Positions 28,053 to 37,580 of a DNA stretch of 64,000 nucleotides are shown one piece after another. The notes under the pieces were generated by a model. The model searched no databases, was not told where the DNA came from, and was given only the letters and a program-made list of their open reading frames with translations. The stretch is from a virus: the IMG/VR virus record IMGVR_UViG_3300024350_000006, one strand, 5' to 3'. How positions within the stretch are numbered: the first letter of the stretch is position 1; every line of letters starts with the position of its first letter. The position numbers were made by a program, and so were the translations under genes.

Positions 28053-29363
28053 ATGCAAGATAAATTTGATAGTCAACCCGGGGAATACTATTGCGTGATG
28101 CCCTGGCACGGTGCATTCTATACTAGTAACGGAATGGGGGCCTGTTGTAGCTGGGGTGATTTAGAAAAAACTACTCCAATGAAATTTCTTCAAGGTGAAA
28201 ACCTAAAAAGAGTAAAAACACAGATGCTTAATGGACAAGTTCCTAAAGAATGTAACTACTGCCACGAGCAAGAGCAAAACGGATTTTACAGTACAAGAAA
28301 TCTTTATCGCGATCACGTCAAGTCCAAGAGATGGTTCGAACCTAGTCGTAGTCTAGAATTTAAAACTCCTGAAGTCCTAGAAGTTAGATTCAGCAATCTA
28401 TGTAATATGCAATGTCGTATTTGTAGTCCAGACTGGAGTCACTTAATAGGTAGAGAAGTTCAAGAATCAGACAATAACGTTCTTAAAAGATTTTATGCAG
28501 TATCTAGTAAAAAAGTAAATGAAGATCCACTGCAAGAGATACCTGATGAAAGTGTTAGTGAAATAATAGAACTAGCCAAGAAAGCCAACCACGTTTTTAT
28601 AACAGGTGGTGAACCCACCATACATAAACAAACTATACAATTAATTGATACACTAATAGAAACTGGCTGTGCTAAAAAACAAACGCTACATATAAACACA
28701 AACTGTAGTGCTATCAATCCCCGACTACTACAAAAATTTAAAGAGTTTGATAACATAATTCTCAGCATTAGTATTGATGGCACTGGGGATGTGGCAAATT
28801 ATCAAAGATACGGCACTAAATGGGAAGTAGTAGACGCAAACGTTCGTAGTCTGGGGGATCTTAAAAACAACAGTCCTGTGATTTATGGGGATGATGTCAC
28901 GCATAGTATTATCCACACTGTGAGCCTGGGAGTTAACCTTGCAGTAAGTGCCTACACAGTACTAGACATTGACACTACAATAAAATACCTTATCGACGTC
29001 TGGGACTATTGCAAATTAAGTATAGGCGTTAGTGTGGTACATTATCCTTTTAATCCTCTGACACTTCGTGGTGAATGTAGAAAACTAGCAGTACGAAAAC
29101 TAGGGGCGGCAATAGAACTGATACAGGACAAGATCGCTATAGAACCTAGGTTTGCCTTGTATATAAAAAACAGTGCCAACAGCCTAGAAGAGTTGCAAAA
29201 ATTGCAACAAGCCTTGGGTCAACCCGAAGATTCCAGTCTGGAAGCAGTAAGATATTACAATAACTTTATCTACAAGCCCACTTTGGCACTAGACCAAGTA
29301 AGAAACCAGAGTTTCGAACAACTCTTTGGTCTCCCCCTAGATCCACCAATCTTACCAGAATGA
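28053..29363 (+). CDS. Radical SAM protein with N-terminal Cys-rich (SPASM/twitch-like) region
   Basis: CNMQCRIC, ITGGEP, SISIDG; N-terminal CVMPW..CC..ECNYC. Confidence 0.85.
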   Translation: MQDKFDSQPGEYYCVMPWHGAFYTSNGMGACCSWGDLEKTTPMKFLQGENLKRVKTQMLNGQVPKECNYCHEQEQNGFYSTRNLYRDHVKSKRWFEPSRSLEFKTPEVLEVRFSNLCNMQCRICSPDWSHLIGREVQESDNNVLKRFYAVSSKKVNEDPLQEIPDESVSEIIELAKKANHVFITGGEPTIHKQTIQLIDTLIETGCAKKQTLHINTNCSAINPRLLQKFKEFDNIILSISIDGTGDVANYQRYGTKWEVVDANVRSLGDLKNNSPVIYGDDVTHSIIHTVSLGVNLAVSAYTVLDIDTTIKYLIDVWDYCKLSIGVSVVHYPFNPLTLRGECRKLAVRKLGAAIELIQDKIAIEPRFALYIKNSANSLEELQKLQQALGQPEDSSLEAVRYYNNFIYKPTLALDQVRNQSFEQLFGLPLDPPILPE

Positions 29364-29434
29364 TCTAGACCATTTGACTTTAATCTGGGCCACGCATATA
29401 ATGGTGGTCCGATTAACTAATTGAGTTCACTCTT

Positions 29435-29872
29435 ATGGGACTTGATCAATATGCCTACGTAGCAGCCCGCGCCAATCAGCGCGATGATTTTTACAATTCC
29501 GGCGAATGGGATTCAGACCTTAAACAATATACTAATCCTAAAGTAGAAAGCCCCCGAGAAATAGCCTACTGGCGCAAACACCCTAATCTTCAAGGCTGGA
29601 TGGAACAACTTTGGAGGAAAAAAGGTTGCCTGAATGGTGACAAAAATAATTCCGATGACTGGACCTTCAATGGTATTGAACTGGAACTAACCTGGGAAGA
29701 TCTTGATGCTTTGGAACAGGATATATTGAACGGTCAATTGCCCTACACAGAAGGTTTCTTTTTTGGTTCTCCTGCTGACGAATATTATCGAAGACAGGAT
29801 CTAGAATTTATTAAAAAAGCTCGCGCAGAACTTTTTGTTGGTCTTAAAGTGTTTTACAATTCAAGCTGGTAA
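29435..29872 (+). CDS. Conserved-type phage hypothetical protein
   Basis: MGLDQYAY...EIAYWRKHPNLQGWME...YNSSW; early promoter upstream. Confidence 0.7.
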   Translation: MGLDQYAYVAARANQRDDFYNSGEWDSDLKQYTNPKVESPREIAYWRKHPNLQGWMEQLWRKKGCLNGDKNNSDDWTFNGIELELTWEDLDALEQDILNGQLPYTEGFFFGSPADEYYRRQDLEFIKKARAELFVGLKVFYNSSW

Positions 29873-29897
29873 TTTAATTTTAATCAAGGAGATAATT

Positions 29898-30062
29898 ATG
29901 ACCAAGGTACAACGCTATGCAGATGAAGCAGTATTTCAATTACAACTACCTACTTCAGCAGCAGTGAAATATGTAGTCCACAATTCCGGCGCAACTCAGG
30001 AACTTGCACGTCAAGCTCTTAAAGATACAATGACCGGTTACAAGAATAAAAAGGTCAAGTAA
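29898..30062 (+). CDS. Hypothetical protein
   Basis: AGGAG SD, ATG at 29898. Confidence 0.5.
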   Translation: MTKVQRYADEAVFQLQLPTSAAVKYVVHNSGATQELARQALKDTMTGYKNKKVK

Positions 30063-30826
30063 TGTGGCCCACTGTGGCTCTAACAGTTATCGCTCTAGCC
30101 TTTGGTGAGACACCCGAGCAACGTCTAGAAATAGAGAATGCTCAGTGGGCCAACAAGACTGGTTACAAGAGTACTCTCAGTGCCCTGGCTCCCTATAGAA
30201 CACACGATCAGTATAATCATACTGATGGTGCTATACTAGAACGAGCTAGAGAAAAAGTAATCAAGATCAAAGTTATTAATGATGATCTTAAACCTGTTAT
30301 GAGTTGCACTGATATGAAGTATGTGGTAAAGTTTCTGGAATCCGAGATAAGCGATCAGAGTTTTGATCCTGACAAACTCAAGCGTGAGGCACGTAGGCTT
30401 AACAGTGCGACACGCAGCAAGATCTGGCATACTCGTATGGTTTGTGGAGGACTTGAAGGTGCAAACAACAGCGACCTTCCTGACGTCAACAAGTCAGTTT
30501 CAGGCCAGAGTGTCAATCTGGATTCTAGCAGCAGGTGTTTCTTCGAATCTGGTAAAGTTCAGCAGGGAAGCCAGGTCAAAGAATATAAGACTGAGCACTG
30601 TGTGGACGAACCTGGTGTTAGTGTACGTCGTGTTAAGCTAGGGGAAATCGTACGGGAAGGCACAGTGGCCGAACACTCAGTGATACCAGGATACTTTAAT
30701 TATAAAGACCAGAAATGCCGTTGGTTCCAGGAAAATAATGTTCATTCTGGTGATGCTGTAACCTATCAGGGTGTAATTTGTGAAACTTCTACCAAATCGG
30801 CCTGGCAGGTCATTGACAAATTCTAA
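30062..30826 (+). CDS. Secreted hypothetical protein
   Basis: Hydrophobic N-terminus, several Cys. Confidence 0.55.
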   Translation: MWPTVALTVIALAFGETPEQRLEIENAQWANKTGYKSTLSALAPYRTHDQYNHTDGAILERAREKVIKIKVINDDLKPVMSCTDMKYVVKFLESEISDQSFDPDKLKREARRLNSATRSKIWHTRMVCGGLEGANNSDLPDVNKSVSGQSVNLDSSSRCFFESGKVQQGSQVKEYKTEHCVDEPGVSVRRVKLGEIVREGTVAEHSVIPGYFNYKDQKCRWFQENNVHSGDAVTYQGVICETSTKSAWQVIDKF

Positions 30827-30850
30827 TGATCACATTATAATGGAGGTATT

Positions 30851-30982
30851 ATGAAATTAGCTCTAAATATTTTAATTTTGGTTTTGTTGTCCACTATAGT
30901 GGGCTGCGGGACTGTAGGTGGTGCAGTAAGTGGTGCCGGCTCAGATTTACAAAAAGCCGGCGAATGGATTAAAACTCGTTAA
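30851..30982 (+). CDS. Entericidin EcnA/B-like lipoprotein (not in ORF track)
   Basis: GGAGG SD; lipobox IVGC, then GTVGGAVSGAGSDLQKAGE. Confidence 0.65.
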   Translation: MKLALNILILVLLSTIVGCGTVGGAVSGAGSDLQKAGEWIKTR

Positions 30983-30992
30983 GGAGTACTAG

Positions 30993-31574
30993 ATGAAACT
31001 CAATAAAATTGTATTTGTTACTGCCCTGGCCAGCGTACTAGCTGCTTGTGGTACCACTGATCCCTACGAAAAACGTGCCGAGCAGGAACGTGAGCGTCAG
31101 GAAAAGTATGTGGAACGTAGCCTTAGTAAATCGCCGGACTGGATGACAAAATTGCCCAAGAGTAACAGTGCAGTCTATGCCAATGGCACAGGTGTAAGCC
31201 AGGATATGAATATGGCTGATGAAAAAGCTACCTTGATGGCCTACAGCAAGATATGTATGGCAGCCGGCGGTGAAGTGGACAAGAATAGCAAGATGTTTCT
31301 AAGCGACAGCGAACGAACTACTAGCGAACGTAGCGAACTAGCCATACGTGCAATGTGTAAAAACACTGACATAAGTGGTGTAGAGATTGTGGAAGTAAAA
31401 CGTGTCAATGAAGGAACTAGATATCGTACCTTTATGTTGGTGAGCTTGCCACTGGACGACGCTAATCCCTTGGCTGAACGAAATGATCGTAAACGTCGTG
31501 AGTCCAAGACTGATCAACGTAGCCGTGAAGCTTTTGATGAACTAGATAATATCACACGCGGTAAGAAACAATAA
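30993..31574 (+). CDS. Lipoprotein (LPP20-like)
   Basis: Lipobox LAAC; PDWM...YANGTG. Confidence 0.65.
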   Translation: MKLNKIVFVTALASVLAACGTTDPYEKRAEQERERQEKYVERSLSKSPDWMTKLPKSNSAVYANGTGVSQDMNMADEKATLMAYSKICMAAGGEVDKNSKMFLSDSERTTSERSELAIRAMCKNTDISGVEIVEVKRVNEGTRYRTFMLVSLPLDDANPLAERNDRKRRESKTDQRSREAFDELDNITRGKKQ

Positions 31575-31618
31575 TTTCTAATTTTACCGGGCAGTTCAGC
31601 TGCCCGTTTTTCTTTGAG

Positions 31619-31801
31619 GTGATTATGAGTGGGCGTGGATTTATAGCTGAAGAACCCTTGACAGTCTGTGAGTTTTGCGGCAAAATAGATGAATGTCGGC
31701 CCTACGGTCCAAATGATGAACAAATATGTTTTGAATGTGGAATGCAGGACGAAGAAACAACAAGAAAAAAGATGATAAAGTATATATTTGGAGAAGAATA
31801 A
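31619..31801 (+). CDS. Small Zn-finger protein
   Basis: CEFC...CRPYGP...CFEC. Confidence 0.6.
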   Translation: MIMSGRGFIAEEPLTVCEFCGKIDECRPYGPNDEQICFECGMQDEETTRKKMIKYIFGEE

Positions 31802-31803
31802 AG

Positions 31804-32397
31804 ATGCCGCATTTTGTACCAACAGTATTAGAAAAAACTTCCAACGGCGAACGTGCCTACGACATTTATAGTCGTCTGCTAAAGGAACGCATTGTGATGC
31901 TGGACACTGATGTTAACGAACATTCAGCCAGCCTTATAGTAGCCCAATTACTTTTTCTAGAAAGCGAAGATAGTGAGAAAGATATTTACTTCTATATTAA
32001 CAGTCCCGGTGGTGTTGTTACTGCTGGTATGGCAATCTATGATACTATGCAGTTTATTCGTCCTGATGTTAGCACCATCGTGCTGGGCCAGGCCTGTAGT
32101 ATGGGCTCGCTCCTTGCACAGGCAGGCGCTCCTGGTAAACGTAAGATGCTCCCGAATGCTAGACATATGATTCATCAGCCCAGTGGCGGTGCTGGTGGTC
32201 AAGCCACAGATATGGAAATTCAGGTACGTGAGATTCTTAAAATGAAACGTAACCTGACTGAGATCTACGTAAAGCATAATAGTAGGGGCAAGACCTACGA
32301 TGAATTAGCTGCTGATATGGAGCGTGACTTCTTTATGAGCGCACAGGAGGCTGTGGCCTACGGTTTAGTTGACGAGGTAATAGTCGACCGTAAATAA
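31804..32397 (+). CDS. clpP: ATP-dependent Clp protease proteolytic subunit
   Basis: [25 protein letters not shown] (Ser), MIHQP (His), MERD (Asp). Confidence 0.95.
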   Translation: MPHFVPTVLEKTSNGERAYDIYSRLLKERIVMLDTDVNEHSASLIVAQLLFLESEDSEKDIYFYINSPGGVVTAGMAIYDTMQFIRPDVSTIVLGQACSMGSLLAQAGAPGKRKMLPNARHMIHQPSGGAGGQATDMEIQVREILKMKRNLTEIYVKHNSRGKTYDELAADMERDFFMSAQEAVAYGLVDEVIVDRK

Positions 32398-32400
32398 AGG

Positions 32401-33681
32401 ATGCCGCTTAAAAATAATTTTTGCTCTAGCCCGTGGTTCCATATGAAGGTAGGGAACGACGGGTCTTTTCATTTCTGTCGCTGGGGAGAAAATAACAAGA
32501 GCACTAGTAATATTAAAAATACTCATCCAGTAACGTGGTTCCAGAATAGCACTGAACAAAAAATCCTAAGACAGGGAATGATTAATGGTGTTCAAAATCT
32601 AGACTGTCACGGTTGTTATACTATGGAGTCTCACGGTAAGATAAGCGGCAGACAACGACAACTTTTAAAGACTGGCATACAACTGGATCAGTTTGACAAA
32701 ACTATGTTATCTAGCCCCTGGTTGTCTGTGTTTAAAAGATCTGAGAATGGAGACACTGATCAAGTCCCACTGGACTGGCAAATAGATCTAGGAAATTTTT
32801 GTAACAGTGCCTGTGTGTTCTGTGTACCTGAGTCCAGCAGTAGACTGGCTAGCGAACTACATAAACTTAAAATAATAGATAGTTTGCCTGAGGAAAACTG
32901 GAGTAAAAATACCAACCAGCTAGAAAAATTACTGGATGCGCTGGAAAAAGCAAATAACACAAATAGCCTACGTTATCTGCATTTTATTGGTGGTGAAACT
33001 TTAATTATACCAGCCTTTAAGTCTATACTGCAAAAAATAACCACCCCCACAACTCTTGGTTTTACTACCAATCTCACTGTCTGGGACGAGGAGATAATAG
33101 ATCTCCTTTCTCCACATAATGTACATCTGGGAGTGAGCCTAGAAACAGTCAGTCCCCTAAATGATTACATAAGGTGGGGTAGTAGACTAGAACAAGTATT
33201 GGAAAATTTATCTAGATGGCAAACTGTGGCACAACAACGCAACTGGATAATGAGTCTACGCATAACCCCCACAGCGTTAAGTATAGGGGAACTAGACTCA
33301 GTCTACGAATATGCCTGGCAGAATAATCTTCTAGTAGAGAGTTGTAACTTTATACACGAGCCTGCATTTCTAAGACCCAGCGTTCTACCCCTGAGTCTAA
33401 GATTACAGGCTAGACACAGACTCACCAGCTGGATTAAAAACAAGGACACCGAGCAGGATCACACTGTCATTAACACTAGGGACACAAACAAGACCAAGCA
33501 GGTGTTATTACAGGATGCTAGAAGCTACATAAGTTATCTAAATACAGCACGTGATGAAACCTCACTACTGCCTAGACTTGTAGACTACATTAATAAACTA
33601 GAAACTAGCCGCAACAATTGTATACTAGACTATCTACCACAATATGCAGACACTTTCCGATCTCACGGCTACTCTAAATGA
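32401..33681 (+). CDS. Radical SAM protein (paralog of 28053-29363)
   Basis: CNSACVFC, FIGGET; N-terminal CSSPW..CRW..CHGC. Confidence 0.85.
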   Translation: MPLKNNFCSSPWFHMKVGNDGSFHFCRWGENNKSTSNIKNTHPVTWFQNSTEQKILRQGMINGVQNLDCHGCYTMESHGKISGRQRQLLKTGIQLDQFDKTMLSSPWLSVFKRSENGDTDQVPLDWQIDLGNFCNSACVFCVPESSSRLASELHKLKIIDSLPEENWSKNTNQLEKLLDALEKANNTNSLRYLHFIGGETLIIPAFKSILQKITTPTTLGFTTNLTVWDEEIIDLLSPHNVHLGVSLETVSPLNDYIRWGSRLEQVLENLSRWQTVAQQRNWIMSLRITPTALSIGELDSVYEYAWQNNLLVESCNFIHEPAFLRPSVLPLSLRLQARHRLTSWIKNKDTEQDHTVINTRDTNKTKQVLLQDARSYISYLNTARDETSLLPRLVDYINKLETSRNNCILDYLPQYADTFRSHGYSK

Positions 33682-34093
33682 AAACTATGTGCGTGTGGCA
33701 CTGGATCTAAGATTAATAGGTCAGCCACGCTATAAAGTTAAAATAAACAACGTAGTTTATGAACATCTAGCGGTAAATAATCTAGGACAAACCAGTCTAA
33801 TAGCTAATTGTCACTTGTTAGAGCCCATAAGAATTACTATAACATTATACGGCAAGGATTACCTGGAAGATAGTACTAGAGCTCTAGTGATAGAAAGCCT
33901 TCGTCTGGACGAGTTTGATATAGTTCCCAATTGGACTCAGCTGGCCATCTACGATAATGACAAAAATTGCAATCAACCCACAAATCATCTAGGCTTCAAC
34001 GGACACTGGACTCTGGACATAGACCAACCCTTTTACCTCTGGAAACATAGTATAACCGGGCAGGGCTGGTTATTTCAACCAAAACTATCATAA
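33644..34093 (+). CDS. Hypothetical protein
   Basis: Coupled to the radical SAM gene. Confidence 0.55.
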   Translation: MQTLSDLTATLNENYVRVALDLRLIGQPRYKVKINNVVYEHLAVNNLGQTSLIANCHLLEPIRITITLYGKDYLEDSTRALVIESLRLDEFDIVPNWTQLAIYDNDKNCNQPTNHLGFNGHWTLDIDQPFYLWKHSITGQGWLFQPKLS

Positions 34094-34208
34094 ATACTGT
34101 GTAATGTCTAGCACCCTGATGTTAAACTGTTGCACCTGCTAGCGCAGTCGCGGAAACAAAAAAGCAACAATAATTCAAACTTTTAAACGCAGCTCTGCTG
34201 CGTTTTTT
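34091..34208 (+). ncRNA. Candidate short late transcript with H-type pseudoknot
   Basis: TAAATA at 34091; ctagca/tgctag and tgttgc/gcaaca pairings; terminator 34186-34208. Confidence 0.3.
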
Positions 34209-34292
34209 CTATCTTGCTTACAAACTAAAACTACTAAATACTAAGATAATGCAGTAAAAATGCACAAGATCTGAACATTTTAAGGTAAAGTT

Positions 34293-35444
34293 ATGCGACT
34301 CAGTGAATTTAAAAAAGCCAAAAAACGTATGCTAGGGGGATTTGAAGTGACGCCTGTTAATATTGAACAGGATAAAGTTCGAGAAGCTATTAAGCTTAAT
34401 GCTCCCAGTAAAAAAATAGATCGCGATGAACTACAGTCCTATGCTGATAGAATCAAGACCGATACTAAAACCAAACAGGATAAATTCAAGCCTATTATTC
34501 ACGGCAGCAACATCAAAGCAATAGTCAAGGACGATGGGGAGACTGAATGGGATCTAGATGATCTAGCCAGTCAGATTACTACAAGGCCCACTAAGTTGCT
34601 AGACACGAATGCTAAAATGAAGAAAAGTCAGGCCGAGGGAGAAATTCTCTACGACCTAACTTTACCTGCACTGGCTGGTATTGTGGTAGATGAAGAAACT
34701 GGAGAATTTGTAGAGATAGAAACCTGTCCGGGTGCTGGAGAATGTCAGTTGTTCTGTTATGCTCGCAAGGGTGGTTATGTTATGTTTCCAGCTAGTTCAA
34801 TGAGCGCAGCACAGGCTTTAAACTTCTTGGTAAATGACCCTGAAGGTTATATGGCACTAGCCAATAAAGAAATAACTGCCATTAAGGCTAAGGCAGCTAA
34901 AAACAAAATTCGTCTAGCAGTACGCTGGCACGATGCCGGAGACTTCTTTAGTAAAGAATATCTAGAACTTGCTTTTAACGTTGCACGCCAACATCCTGAC
35001 GTTAAATTTTATGCCTACACTAAAATGGGAGATGTAGTAGCCAGCGCCAACAAACCCAGTAACTTTATTATTAATTTTAGTTCAGGTGCTAAAAGCCGAG
35101 AAGTTAAAAAAGTAGAACTACATAGACAGGCAGGCAATGTCATCAAGCAGGGTGTCACAGTGCCCAAGAAAATGTTCTTTGATCTAATTGCTCGTGATGG
35201 AAATAAACTAATTAAAGATGAAAAAGGTCGAACACAATTTAAGGATCAGGAAGCATTAGACACATTTAAACTACGTCTGGCTCAGGAATATAACGTAGAT
35301 CCTGCTAGCATTATTACCTACGATCAAATGTTAAGTATTCCCGAAGGGCCACAACCTAAATGGAATGTTATTGTGCAACCAGGTGCAGGTGATCGTGCAG
35401 CGAATAGACTGGATGTAATTGATAGTTATTTAATGTTCCACTAA
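34293..35444 (+). CDS. Gp88-like (radical-SAM-related) protein with capsid-targeting-like leader
   Basis: TCPGAGECQLFCYARKG, VRWHDAGDFFS, FYAYTK; starts MRLSEF. Confidence 0.7.
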   Translation: MRLSEFKKAKKRMLGGFEVTPVNIEQDKVREAIKLNAPSKKIDRDELQSYADRIKTDTKTKQDKFKPIIHGSNIKAIVKDDGETEWDLDDLASQITTRPTKLLDTNAKMKKSQAEGEILYDLTLPALAGIVVDEETGEFVEIETCPGAGECQLFCYARKGGYVMFPASSMSAAQALNFLVNDPEGYMALANKEITAIKAKAAKNKIRLAVRWHDAGDFFSKEYLELAFNVARQHPDVKFYAYTKMGDVVASANKPSNFIINFSSGAKSREVKKVELHRQAGNVIKQGVTVPKKMFFDLIARDGNKLIKDEKGRTQFKDQEALDTFKLRLAQEYNVDPASIITYDQMLSIPEGPQPKWNVIVQPGAGDRAANRLDVIDSYLMFH

Positions 35445-35445
35445 A

Positions 35446-36771
35446 ATGAAAGCAACTGAATTAATTACCGAACAACCTTTTGTACCAGTAAATCGTGGAT
35501 TTACCTACAAGGGCTATCCCTGTACTAAAGATTGTAGTGGGCATATGGCTGGTGATGCCTGGGCGGAGAAAAAAGGTATACAAACAGCCAACCAATGTCC
35601 CCCAGGCTGGAGTAACAGTTTCTGGGAAGGTTGTAAGAGTAACAGTGAATATACAGCTGAAGATCTAGAAGAAGGCCTGCGTGTAGACGTGCCTAATGAG
35701 GAATGGCTACAGCGTAAAATAGAATATGCAAAGTCACGAGGAAGAGATAGTTGGGGTGTGCCCTATCGGGGCACCAGCACCGCCTACATTGATGGAGTGA
35801 TGCTACCAGTAAGCCTACTAAAAAATCTTCCTGGTATGCGAGCTGAGCAACAGAATGTACGTCAGGAAGATCTAGAGGCTATAACGAAAATAATGCGGGA
35901 CACTGGTAAACTTCCTCTGGGCCGCAGCGGAGAAGAATATCTTCCTTTTATTAATGTAGCCTATAACGGTGAAGCCTGGGTAAATGAGGGTAATCATCGT
36001 ATTATGGCAGCAGCCCGACTAGGCTGGGATAGAATGCCAGTTGAGTTAAGATACTTTGATGGTGGAGAAAGAATTAAGTCAGGTCCCCTCTATCCTAAAA
36101 AGATAGGACTGGGTGAGCAAGCTATAGATGAGATGGCTGGTGATGTTCACGTGGGTGTTGGTCAAGAACTAGCTAGACAGGGTTATGAATACCTAGGTAG
36201 TGGAATTGATAAACAGGCCTACCTAGAACCTGAAACAGGAAAGGTGTTAATAGTATTTGGCTATCGCAAGGGTTTTAAAGATTTTAGTCCGGACCAACGT
36301 ATGTTTATTAGCTGGATCGATTATTGCAATAAAAATCAAGACAATCCTCATCTACCTAGATTCAGTGGTTTCGTAAGTTTTAAATTTCAAGGCAAGAATT
36401 ATATACAGGCTAGGATGGAAGCATTACAGGAATTACCTGAATCAGTTGCCTATCTAGTTGGCAATATTGCTGATGCAGTTAAGAAAACTGGTGCTAAAAA
36501 TTATAAGGAAGCATTCCATAACCTAGCAATGTGGAGCTCCTACGACAGTTGGGAAGGTGATAATCCTGAACAGTATGATATTAAGAGTGTAATTAAGTAT
36601 CTAGGCGGAGAAAATAAAGCTATAGGTTTATTAAAAACAGTTCATAAAGTATCAAAGTTTGCAAAAAAACACGGATATAATATTGATCTTCACCGCGGCA
36701 ATTATATGCAAAGACCCAATGGTACTATTGTAGTAAATGATCCATTTGTTTTATGGATTAAGGGAAGATAA
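35446..36771 (+). CDS. Multidomain internal-head protein: Cys-rich domain, ParB/Srx-like domain, protein-kinase-like domain
   Basis: CTKDCSGH; EGNHRIMAA...GW..MPV; LGSG...NPHLPRF...DLHRGNYM...NDP; starts MKATELITE. Confidence 0.65.
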   Translation: MKATELITEQPFVPVNRGFTYKGYPCTKDCSGHMAGDAWAEKKGIQTANQCPPGWSNSFWEGCKSNSEYTAEDLEEGLRVDVPNEEWLQRKIEYAKSRGRDSWGVPYRGTSTAYIDGVMLPVSLLKNLPGMRAEQQNVRQEDLEAITKIMRDTGKLPLGRSGEEYLPFINVAYNGEAWVNEGNHRIMAAARLGWDRMPVELRYFDGGERIKSGPLYPKKIGLGEQAIDEMAGDVHVGVGQELARQGYEYLGSGIDKQAYLEPETGKVLIVFGYRKGFKDFSPDQRMFISWIDYCNKNQDNPHLPRFSGFVSFKFQGKNYIQARMEALQELPESVAYLVGNIADAVKKTGAKNYKEAFHNLAMWSSYDSWEGDNPEQYDIKSVIKYLGGENKAIGLLKTVHKVSKFAKKHGYNIDLHRGNYMQRPNGTIVVNDPFVLWIKGR

Positions 36772-36774
36772 AAG

Positions 36775-37575
36775 ATGAGAGCTAGTGAGTTTTTAAGATT
36801 TTTAAGAGAGTTTGCTCCCGACGGTTATCAACAATATACACTCTATGTTGGTAGCCCCCGACGACATAAAATTGGTACGTTTGCCAGTGTAGACGATGCT
36901 GTAGAAGAAGCGCATTTTTTGTGGAACGTTGATCCAAGAGCAGGAACGGACTATTGGACCGTAACAGACTTAAATGATACTGTGGTGTGGTCACACGACC
37001 CAGGAGAAGTATATGATCAAATGCGCAGCGGTAGCAAAATAAAATATCGTAAACCTGATGATCTGAAAGAAACTGATGAACAAGATTTAACTGCTCTTAA
37101 AGAGGCTTGTGAGAATTGGATGGAAATGTATTTTGATGCCAACGATATCAATACTATTCTTACGCATCCTTATAGTCAAAAGTTTAAGACTCCCGGCACT
37201 GATATAGAAAATCTCTATCGTGGATTAATAGTCAAAGGTAATAAGTTCAAGGCAGTTCCGAAAAAAAGTAACAGAAAATTTGTGGCTTACGCTACAGATT
37301 CTTACGGTGCTGAAGCATTTTTAGCTAGTCTTGATATTGGTGGTCGACAAGTTATCATTGAAAAAGAGTATCATCCCGAAAATTTTATTTTAGATTTTAC
37401 AGGTCTCTACGAAAGTTTATTTCCCGATTTGGGGTATCATAATCGTTACCAGTCAGAATATGAAGTCTGGATGCAGGCTACTCCCTATTATACTTCAGTT
37501 GACGAAACAGAAATAATATCAGATACTGCCTGGGATGATACTGACGATGGCGAACCTGGAAGAGGAAATTTATAA
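36775..37575 (+). CDS. Internal-head protein with ADP-ribosyltransferase-like C-terminal domain
   Basis: LYRGL...AYATD...SEYEV pattern; starts MRASEFL. Confidence 0.5.
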   Translation: MRASEFLRFLREFAPDGYQQYTLYVGSPRRHKIGTFASVDDAVEEAHFLWNVDPRAGTDYWTVTDLNDTVVWSHDPGEVYDQMRSGSKIKYRKPDDLKETDEQDLTALKEACENWMEMYFDANDINTILTHPYSQKFKTPGTDIENLYRGLIVKGNKFKAVPKKSNRKFVAYATDSYGAEAFLASLDIGGRQVIIEKEYHPENFILDFTGLYESLFPDLGYHNRYQSEYEVWMQATPYYTSVDETEIISDTAWDDTDDGEPGRGNL

Positions 37576-37580
37576 AACCT

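Noticed and set aside
34116-34157. Hammerhead ribozyme (CTGATG...GAAAC)
   Set aside because: The core reads CUGAUGU rather than CUGAUGA, and the required stems are not formed.
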